The notes under the pieces: model-generated
Seen by the model: only the letters and a program-made list of their open reading frames with translations
The model's database searches: none
What the model was told of the DNA's origin: nothing
Assembly: GCA_023954685.1 (NCBI GenBank)
Contig: JAGSHF010000001.1
Coordinates: 4,768 to 68,767 of the forward strand
Direction: 5' to 3'
Source of the DNA: Flavobacteriaceae bacterium
GTDB taxonomy: Bacteria > Bacteroidota > Bacteroidia > Flavobacteriales > Flavobacteriaceae
DNA length: 64,000 nt
Made by a program: the position numbers and the translations under genes
In this document: in pieces, positions 45,561-64,000 of the stretch
Layout of the letters: each line of letters begins with the position of its first letter
How positions within the stretch are numbered: the first letter of the stretch is position 1

Positions 45561-46620
45561 TACATATTCAAACATCTTAAATAATACATGCTTTACGCCA
45601 CCAAAAGATTGGCTAGAAATTAAAACTATAGATATGCATACCGGTGGTGAACCTCTACGAGTTATTGTTGGCGGTTTCCCAGAATTAAAAGGCAATTCTG
45701 TTTTAGATTACAGAAGATATTGCAAAACTCATCATGATGTATTAAGAACTACATTAATGTTTGAGCCACGTGGCCATGCCGACATGTACGGTTGTATTTT
45801 AGTTCCACCTAATGATGATGACGCCGATTTTGGCATTCTATTTTTGCACAATGAAGGGTACTCCACCATGTGCGGTCACGCAATTATTGCTATTTCTACA
45901 CTCGCTATTGAAATGCAATGGATAACAGTCAAGGAAGGTGAAAATCTTCTAAAAATAGATGCCCCTTGTGGTAGAATAACATCTTACACCAACGTAAAGA
46001 ACGGTAAAGTAACCGGAGTCCGTTTTTATTGTGTACCAAGTTTTGTTGTTGGTTTGGATCGAGTAGTTGACGTTGAAGGTTTAGGTTTAGTAACATACGA
46101 TTTAGCCTACGGCGGCGCTTTCTACGCTTATGTTGATATGGCTAAAAACAATTTTAATTTTGATTTATCACCACAATACTATCGTTCATTAATTTCTAAA
46201 GGGATGGATATAAAGCATGCCGTAATGAAAAATGATCATGCAATACGACATCCTTTTGAAAAGGATTTAAGTTTTAATTATGGTACTATATTTATAGACA
46301 ACTCGATGCAAACTTCTGGAGCAGACAGTAGAAATGTATGCGTTTTTGCTGAGGGCGAAGTAGACCGTTGCCCAACAGGCTCAGGAGTTTCTGGCCGCAT
46401 GGCCATTCACAAAGCACGAAAAGAAATAGATTATGGGCAAACCATGACTATTGAAAGTATTACCGGTTCTGTTTTTAAAGGTTCCGTTATTTCTGAAGAA
46501 GACTACGGCCCTTTTAAAGCAGTGATACCTCAAGTGGAAGGCACAGCCTATATTACAGGAGCGCACACTTTTATTATTGACCCCAATGACCCAATGAAGG
46601 ATGGGTTTATACTGAGATAA
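45553..46620 (+). CDS. proline racemase superfamily protein with a Cys/Thr catalytic pair, a candidate trans-3-hydroxy-L-proline dehydratase (LhpH-like)
   Basis: 355 aa. DMHTGGEPLRV, first catalytic Cys in STMCGHA (Cys107, nt 45871-45873) and a second catalytic position in DRCPTGSG (Thr275, nt 46375-46377) where racemases and epimerases carry Cys (DRSPCGTG). Confidence 0.75.
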   Translation: MTNTYSNILNNTCFTPPKDWLEIKTIDMHTGGEPLRVIVGGFPELKGNSVLDYRRYCKTHHDVLRTTLMFEPRGHADMYGCILVPPNDDDADFGILFLHNEGYSTMCGHAIIAISTLAIEMQWITVKEGENLLKIDAPCGRITSYTNVKNGKVTGVRFYCVPSFVVGLDRVVDVEGLGLVTYDLAYGGAFYAYVDMAKNNFNFDLSPQYYRSLISKGMDIKHAVMKNDHAIRHPFEKDLSFNYGTIFIDNSMQTSGADSRNVCVFAEGEVDRCPTGSGVSGRMAIHKARKEIDYGQTMTIESITGSVFKGSVISEEDYGPFKAVIPQVEGTAYITGAHTFIIDPNDPMKDGFILR

Positions 46621-47530
46621 ATGTTTACGATAAATCATATTTCAAATATAAATCCGCATTTAAATCATATGCATATTTACAATGACAACATATCCTGTAA
46701 AATTTGCCCAAACTTAGGAGGAAGTCTTCAAGAATTCATCGTTAATAACATCGAAATTATTGATGGTATTATTCTATCTGAGGATGGTTTGGCTTCATAT
46801 ATAGAAACATTCAATTCGGCGTTAATGTTTCCTTTTGTTGGTAGAATACCCAATGGAACATACACCTACAAGGATGTTTTGTACAGCTTAGAAGTCAACG
46901 AAGTAGATCGTCACAATGCCATACACGGTTTGATCTATAATAAAACATTTAAAATTGATGAATTTCACACTACCAGGTCGAGTGCGAAAATTCAGCTTTC
47001 CTATATTTCTGATGGACTGCTAGCAGGGTTTCCTTTTAAATTTAACTGTCAAATTTTATATTTAATTTCAAATGAAGGACTAAGAATTGAATTTAAAGTT
47101 ATGAATACAGGTGAAAGTTCTTTCCCATTTGGTATGGGTTGGCATCCTTATTTTAAGAGTGACGATTTAGGTTCAAGTTTAATTTATTTTTCATCAAATG
47201 AAAAACTTAAATACGATGAAAACCTAATCCCTATAGCTTCGATTAAAACTGCAGACACTACTACTTTTGAGATAAATAATCAAAGGTTTGATGATACTTT
47301 CATACTTTTAAAAAACGAAGTAAAATTCAAAACTAAAAATTACCAAATTGAAATGAATTTTAATTCGATTAATAAGGGTTGTGTTCAAATATACACACCA
47401 AAACACAGAGAAAGCATCGCTTTAGAACCGCTTACTTTTGGGCCTAATGCATTTAACACGAATAATGGACTTTTAGAATTAAAGCCTAATGAAAGTTATA
47501 ATTGGATTATAGATTTAAAGATGAAAACTA

Positions 47531-47538
<8 letters not shown>
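46621..47538 (+). CDS. aldose 1-epimerase (mutarotase) family protein
   Basis: 305 aa. NAIHGL and GMGWHPYF blocks of the aldose epimerase fold. It starts directly after the previous stop codon. Confidence 0.75.
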
Positions 47539-52829
<5,291 letters not shown>

Positions 52830-52838
52830 CATTTAACT

Positions 52839-58978
<6,140 letters not shown>

Positions 58979-58983
58979 ATATC

Positions 58984-60630
58984 ATGCAAATATTAACCTT
59001 TGTTGGCTTTACGTTAGTTGTTGCTATCATTTCTTATTTAGCAACTAAAAAAACAAATGAAAATTCATCTGACGGTTATTTTCTTGGAGGAAGAAGTTTA
59101 ACAGCAGGAGTAATTGCGGGCTCACTTTTACTAACAAATCTTTCTACCGAACAAATTGTTGGATTAAATGGTTCTGCATATGAAAGTGGCTTATCTGTGA
59201 TGGTTTGGGAAACTTTAGCTGCAATTGCCATGGTAGTAACAGCCATGTTTTTATTACCAAGATATTTAAGTGGTGGCTTAACAACGGTGCCTCAATTTTT
59301 ATCAAAACGATTTGATGTTACAACAAAAACATTGACATCTGTTTTATTTTTAACAGGATATGTTGTCGTGCTGCTTCCAGTAATATTATATTCTGGATCC
59401 ATCGCCATAAGCGGTATGTTTAATATTCCCGAATTACTCAATTTAACGCACACACAATCCATATGGGTTTGTGTCTGGGGTATTGGCATTATCGGTTCAA
59501 TTTACGCCATTTTTGGAGGATTGAAAGCTGTCGCAATCTCTGATTCCATAAATGCCATTGGCTTACTCGTAGGGGGTATTTTAATTCCAATATTTGGATT
59601 AATCGCTATTGGAGATGGTAGTATTTTGGATGGGTTGTCAATTTTAACGACCGAGAATCCAGATAAATTCAAATCTATGGGAGGGCCTACAGATCCGGTT
59701 CCATTTTACACCATTTTTACAGGGATGATGTTAGTTCAATTGTTTTATTGGGGTACAAATCAGCAAATAATTCAGAGGGCACTAGCGGCAAAAGATTTAA
59801 AAGAAGGGCAAAAAGGGCTTTTATTAGCCTCCTTTATTAAGATATTAGGGCCAATAATTGTGGTATTGCCAGGATTGATCGCATTTCATTTATTCAATGG
59901 AAGTATAGAAAATGCAGATGATGCCTATCCAATGTTAGTTAATAAAGTATTGCCCCCAGCATGGATTGGTTTTTTTGCTGCTGTATTGTTTGGTGCTATA
60001 TTGAGTTCATTTAACAGTGTCTTAAACAGCTCTGTTACCTTGTTTGGACTTGACGTATATAAACAACACATCAATAAAAATGCAGATGAAAAAACTGTAG
60101 TAAAATACGGAAAAACCTTTGGTGTAATATTAGCAATTGCAGCAATGTTTATCGCGCCACTAATTGCGAATGCGGGAAGTTTATTCGCCTATTTACAAGA
60201 AGTTAATGGGATATACAGTATTCCAATTCTAACTATTATTGTTGTAGGATACCTAACCAAACGTGTTCCTGCCATTGCGGCCAAAATAGGACTGGCCTCT
60301 GGGTGTTTGCTTTATATCATTAGTCAATTTTTGATGCAACCTTATTTCATAAATAAAGCTGTTAATTCAGCCAGGGCCTCAGGTATAAATGATAATGCAG
60401 CTTTGGCTTTAGTTGAAGCTGACGCTTATCCTCATTTTTTAGATATAATGGCCATCCTATTTTTATTGAATGTAGGGATCATGTTATTAATAGGGAAGCT
60501 AAAACCTCGGCCAGAACCCTATGTACTAAAGTACACGCGTCAAGTTGATATCACGCCTTGGAAATATACAAAACATGCTGGAATTGCTATCTGCATTATA
60601 GTAATAGCCGTCTATATTTATTTTGCTTAA
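58984..60630 (+). CDS. SSS family Na+/sugar symporter (SGLT-like)
   Basis: 548 aa with about 14 TM helices. The N-terminal DGYFLGGRSL motif and the overall layout match vSGLT-type glucose/galactose transporters. Confidence 0.85.
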   Translation: MQILTFVGFTLVVAIISYLATKKTNENSSDGYFLGGRSLTAGVIAGSLLLTNLSTEQIVGLNGSAYESGLSVMVWETLAAIAMVVTAMFLLPRYLSGGLTTVPQFLSKRFDVTTKTLTSVLFLTGYVVVLLPVILYSGSIAISGMFNIPELLNLTHTQSIWVCVWGIGIIGSIYAIFGGLKAVAISDSINAIGLLVGGILIPIFGLIAIGDGSILDGLSILTTENPDKFKSMGGPTDPVPFYTIFTGMMLVQLFYWGTNQQIIQRALAAKDLKEGQKGLLLASFIKILGPIIVVLPGLIAFHLFNGSIENADDAYPMLVNKVLPPAWIGFFAAVLFGAILSSFNSVLNSSVTLFGLDVYKQHINKNADEKTVVKYGKTFGVILAIAAMFIAPLIANAGSLFAYLQEVNGIYSIPILTIIVVGYLTKRVPAIAAKIGLASGCLLYIISQFLMQPYFINKAVNSARASGINDNAALALVEADAYPHFLDIMAILFLLNVGIMLLIGKLKPRPEPYVLKYTRQVDITPWKYTKHAGIAICIIVIAVYIYFA

Positions 60631-60632
60631 TC

Positions 60633-61781
60633 ATGAACAAGCAATTAGTAAAAAACATAAAATCCGAATTTAAAAAATTTTTCAGTAGCGAACCATTAAT
60701 GGTATTCGCTCCAGGACGTATAAATCTAATTGGAGAACATACCGATTACAATAATGGTTTCGTTCTTCCAGCGGCCATTGATAAAGGTATAGTAGTCGCC
60801 ATTCAAAAATGTGAGGCAAACATCACTACTATTATTGCCCATGATGTGGATGAGCGTTATGATTTTTCGTTAAACACCATTCAACCCATCGCAAACGGAG
60901 GTTGGAAAAACTACGTTCTAGGGGTTATAGGAGAGCTTCAGAAAACAGGAAAACATATTGAAAATTTCAATTTGGTTTTTGGTGGTGACATCCCCAAAGG
61001 TGCAGGATTATCTTCTTCTGCTGCTATAGAGAACAGTGTCGTATTTGCAATAAATGAATTATTCAACTTAGGCTTAAGTAAAACAGAAATGATTTTTGTC
61101 TCACAAAAAGCAGAACACAATTATGTAGGTGTAAAGTGTGGTATTATGGATCAATACACGAGTATGTTTGGTAAAAAAAACGCTGCTATCCTTTTGGATT
61201 GCGAAAATTTGGAAGCAAAACCAATTCAGATAAATCTTCAGCAATACCAACTGCTACTCATTAATACCAACGTTAATCACAACTTAGCCAACAGTGCCTA
61301 CAATGAACGACGTGTCACCTGTGAAAACGTGTCAAAAAAATTGGGTATAACGAGTTTAAGACATGCTCATGAAAACCAATTATTTAACCTAAAAAATGAG
61401 TTGACCGAATTAGAATATCAAAATGCATTATTTGTCATTCAAGAAAACCAACGTGTTATTGATGCTTTTAATACTATTAAAAACGAAAATATTTCTGGGC
61501 TCGGCACATTGCTTTTTGAATCTCACGCTGGTTTGCAATACCAATATAATGTAAGCTGTACAGAACTTGATTTTCTGGTAGAGAAAGCAAAGGAATCAAG
61601 GGTAGTTGTAGGTGCACGAATGATGGGTGGTGGCTTTGGTGGTTGCACAATAAATTTAGTCGAAACAAACAAATTAGAGAAATTTAAAGATCAGATTACA
61701 ACCAAATACAATCAAAAATTCAATACAACCTGTTCTTTCTATAATGTTAAATTATCAGAAGGGACAACATTAATATCTTAA
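60633..61781 (+). CDS. galK: galactokinase
   Basis: Signature GRINLIGEHTDYNNGFVLP and the GHMP ATP motif GGDIPKGAGLSSSAA. I start at the ATG at 60633 (MNKQLVKNIKSEF...) because the track's upstream extension overlaps the symporter gene. Confidence 0.92.
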   Translation: MNKQLVKNIKSEFKKFFSSEPLMVFAPGRINLIGEHTDYNNGFVLPAAIDKGIVVAIQKCEANITTIIAHDVDERYDFSLNTIQPIANGGWKNYVLGVIGELQKTGKHIENFNLVFGGDIPKGAGLSSSAAIENSVVFAINELFNLGLSKTEMIFVSQKAEHNYVGVKCGIMDQYTSMFGKKNAAILLDCENLEAKPIQINLQQYQLLLINTNVNHNLANSAYNERRVTCENVSKKLGITSLRHAHENQLFNLKNELTELEYQNALFVIQENQRVIDAFNTIKNENISGLGTLLFESHAGLQYQYNVSCTELDFLVEKAKESRVVVGARMMGGGFGGCTINLVETNKLEKFKDQITTKYNQKFNTTCSFYNVKLSEGTTLIS

Positions 61782-61784
61782 ACA

Positions 61785-62216
61785 ATGAAACAACTAATCA
61801 TTTTATTTACCATTGGCTTCATGACCTATTCATGTGAAAACACGAATACAGTTTCCGATAAAGATCAAATTCTAACCATTCTTAAAAAGCAAGAAAAAGC
61901 ATGGTCCGAAAATGATATCGATGCTTTTATGGAAGGGTACTGGAAAAGTGATTCACTCAAATTTTATGGCGCTGCCGGTTTAAAATATGGTTGGCAAACA
62001 ACACTTGATAATTACAAAAAGCGTTATCCTACCAAAGATCACACAGGCACATTGAGTTTCAAGATTAATGATATTTCACAAATCAATACTGCATCCTATT
62101 TTGTGATGGGAGAATATCATTTGGCTCGCAAAGTGGGTGATGCCAATGGCGTTTTTATGATTATCTTTAAAAAGATTAATGGCGAATGGAAAATTATCGC
62201 AGATATCTCTTGTTAA
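61785..62216 (+). CDS. small lipoprotein with a SnoaL/NTF2-like (DUF4440-type) fold
   Basis: 143 aa with lipobox TYSCEN. ILKKQEKAWSENDIDAFMEGY... and a C-terminal INGEWKIIAD are typical of NTF2-like proteins. Confidence 0.55.
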   Translation: MKQLIILFTIGFMTYSCENTNTVSDKDQILTILKKQEKAWSENDIDAFMEGYWKSDSLKFYGAAGLKYGWQTTLDNYKKRYPTKDHTGTLSFKINDISQINTASYFVMGEYHLARKVGDANGVFMIIFKKINGEWKIIADISC

Positions 62217-62219
62217 ATT

Positions 62220-62693
62220 ATGAAACCTATTATTAGAAAAGCAACGACAAATGATCTTCCTATTTTAATGGAATTCATGAATGGTCTGGTTAATGCCGAA
62301 CGTCCAATGGATCCGACCATAAAAGATGGTCTCGTGATTTATTATGATCTTGAAGGCATTATGAATGCAGACAATTCCGTGTTGTATGTCGTAGAATTAA
62401 ATCATGAATTAGTCGCATCGGGGTATGCGAAAATTAAAAATGATAGACATTACTTAAAACACGACAAACAGGGTTATTTAGGATTTATGTTTGTACCGGA
62501 AAAGCATCGTGGTAATGGTTATAATAAACTCATTATGGACACTCTAATGAATTGGTGTAAAGAGAGAAACGTCTTTGAAATTAGGCTCGAGGTCTATGAT
62601 GATAATCCATCTGCAATTAGAGCTTATGAAAAAGTTGGCATGAAAAAACACCTTATTGAGATGCGCATGGATATTAAAAACATGGACTATTAA
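62220..62693 (+). CDS. GNAT family N-acetyltransferase
   Basis: 157 aa. Acetyl-CoA motif A region FMFVPEKHRGNGYNKLIM and a C-terminal AIRAYEKVGM. Confidence 0.8.
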   Translation: MKPIIRKATTNDLPILMEFMNGLVNAERPMDPTIKDGLVIYYDLEGIMNADNSVLYVVELNHELVASGYAKIKNDRHYLKHDKQGYLGFMFVPEKHRGNGYNKLIMDTLMNWCKERNVFEIRLEVYDDNPSAIRAYEKVGMKKHLIEMRMDIKNMDY

Positions 62694-62695
62694 CC

Positions 62696-63904
62696 TTAAT
62701 AGTCAAAAGGATTGTCGATTGAATAAGCAGGTTGGGTAAACCATTTTGGGCCATTAGCGGTCATATAAATATGATCTTCCAAACGTATTCCAAAACGACC
62801 AGGGATACAAATCATTGGTTCATTACTAAAAGTCATTCCTAATTCTAGTTTTGTAGTATTCCCACGAACTATATATGGATATTCATGAATATCTAATCCA
62901 ATACCATGACCAGTTCTATGTGGTAATCCTGGTAATTTATAATTGGGTCCCAATCCATGAGCATCTAACACAATTCTAGAGGCATTGTCCACATCTTCGC
63001 ATACATTGCCTAATTGAGCCGCATCAAAAGCCGCCTGCTGTGTTTCTTTTTCAATGTTCCAAATTCGTGTTTGCTCTTCATCGGCTTGACCAAAAACATA
63101 GGTTCGTGTAATATCAGAGATATAATCGTGTAAAACACAACCTGTGTCAATAAGTACAATTTCATTTTCTTCCAAATCCTTTGGAGATTTAACACCGTGC
63201 GGAAATGACGAATCAATACCAAACAATACAATACAAAAATAGGATCCAGATGGAACGCCATACTTTTTATGTGCTTCATGAATAAAATCAGTGACTTCTT
63301 TTGCTGATATGCCTACTCGTAAAATTCTTGCAGCCGCTTTTTGGACTTCTAAAGTGATATTCATGGCCTGCTGCATAATCGCAATTTCCAAATTAGATTT
63401 TACCATTCTACAGCTTGCAATAATTGATTTGGCATTTACTATTTGGTATCTATCTTGACAATTATTAATTCCATCAATCACAAAAAACGGGGTGGTTTCA
63501 TCCATAAAAACAGGGCCTTCTATAACACCATTATCTTTCAAAATATTAGAAAACAATTTATGTGGAGATTCATTCTCTTCCCAACAATAGACCTCTCCCT
63601 TTATAAGCATAAAATCGAATATGGTTCCTTTTTCAAATTCAGGAGCTATATATATTAAGTCTCCATTAGGAAATAATAAAGCCCCAACCATACGCTCGCT
63701 AGGGTTCCATTTCATTCCAGTAAAATAAAATAAATTTGTACCTGCATGTAAATACAATGCCGATACTTTTTGGTCTTGCATTAGCACACAAGCCTTATTT
63801 AGTCGCTCCTGAAACTCTTCTTTTTGTATCGGTTGCACTAAATGTGCCACTGGTTGTATCGCGTTCAATTCTGCTTCAATAGTTGATCCTCCTATACCCT
63901 TCAT
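62696..63904 (-). CDS. M24 family metallopeptidase (Xaa-Pro dipeptidase / aminopeptidase P type)
   Basis: 402 aa. A creatinase-like N-domain is followed by the pita-bread fold with metal ligands in LIDTGCVLHDYISDITRT, HRTGHGIGLDIHE, FSNEP and IRLEDH. Confidence 0.85.
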   Translation of the reverse strand: MKGIGGSTIEAELNAIQPVAHLVQPIQKEEFQERLNKACVLMQDQKVSALYLHAGTNLFYFTGMKWNPSERMVGALLFPNGDLIYIAPEFEKGTIFDFMLIKGEVYCWEENESPHKLFSNILKDNGVIEGPVFMDETTPFFVIDGINNCQDRYQIVNAKSIIASCRMVKSNLEIAIMQQAMNITLEVQKAAARILRVGISAKEVTDFIHEAHKKYGVPSGSYFCIVLFGIDSSFPHGVKSPKDLEENEIVLIDTGCVLHDYISDITRTYVFGQADEEQTRIWNIEKETQQAAFDAAQLGNVCEDVDNASRIVLDAHGLGPNYKLPGLPHRTGHGIGLDIHEYPYIVRGNTTKLELGMTFSNEPMICIPGRFGIRLEDHIYMTANGPKWFTQPAYSIDNPFDY

Positions 63905-63913
63905 TCCCTAAAT

Positions 63914-64000
63914 TTAACTATTCATTATTACCTCAATCTCTTCAATCTCTATGGGCATCGCTTCGGTAAGATTGATATGCCCAGATTCTGTTATTAAATA
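63914..64000 (-). CDS. C-terminal 28 codons of an unidentified CDS that runs off the right edge
   Basis: My reverse-strand translation gives ...YLITESGHINLTEAMPIEIEEIEVIMNS* with stop TAA at 63916-63914. The LITESG...LT ending resembles M24/creatinase-type C-termini, but it is too short to call. Confidence 0.3.
   Translation of the reverse strand, partial: YLITESGHINLTEAMPIEIEEIEVIMNS

Noticed and set aside
60558-60632. 25-codon N-terminal extension of galK in the track
   Set aside because: It overlaps the last 73 nt of the symporter gene. The ATG at 60633, 3 nt after the symporter stop, yields the normal galactokinase N-terminus.

Overview
AT-rich, gene-dense chromosomal segment, most likely from a Flavobacteriia-type Bacteroidota genome. 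The clues are SusC/SusD pairs, a T9SS C-terminal sorting domain, lipoprotein signals, TAnnTTTG-type promoter boxes and mevalonate-pathway genes. I saw no transposase, integrase, CRISPR array, rRNA or obvious pseudogene. The window divides into five parts.

1. **Housekeeping and miscellaneous genes (1-12.7 kb).** A partial mvaD, DUF1697, a LacI regulator, a HI0933-like flavoprotein, a 1224-aa metallophosphoesterase/beta-barrel fusion, msrA-msrB, an HD plus membrane-module protein, and a 791-aa GAF protein.

2. **A classical ~23 kb alpha-glucan (starch/maltodextrin) utilisation locus (12.8-36.1 kb).**
   - Minus-strand operon: LacI regulator, MFS transporter, beta-phosphoglucomutase, GH65 maltose phosphorylase, SusA-like GH13, an esterase-GH31 fusion and two GH13 amylases.
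   - Divergent plus-strand operon: susC-like, susD-like, SusE/F-like and a T9SS-secreted GH13.

3. **tRNA-Leu(UAG)**, flanked by hairpin terminators.

4. **Miscellaneous genes (36.4-44.3 kb).** An M20 dipeptidase, an EamA transporter, a BlaI/BlaR1-type pair, a lone sugar transferase, DUF4407, a PepSY-TM-like protein and a STAS-like protein.

5. **A tightly coupled 12-gene plus-strand block (44.6-62.7 kb).** This is the most interesting part. It combines:
   - a 3-hydroxyproline dehydratase/reductase pair and an aldose epimerase;
   - a GH63-like glucosidase and two GH2 beta-galactosidases;
   - a kinase-M23-aminotransferase triple fusion that resembles hydroxylysine kinase plus a phospho-lyase;
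   - a Na+/sugar symporter and galK;
   - an M24 Xaa-Pro peptidase gene that converges on its 3' end.

   I read this block as a candidate catabolic locus for collagen-type Glc-Gal-hydroxylysine and 3-hydroxyproline. That reading is inference only.

All functional calls rest on motifs I recognised by eye in the supplied translations. No database search was run.
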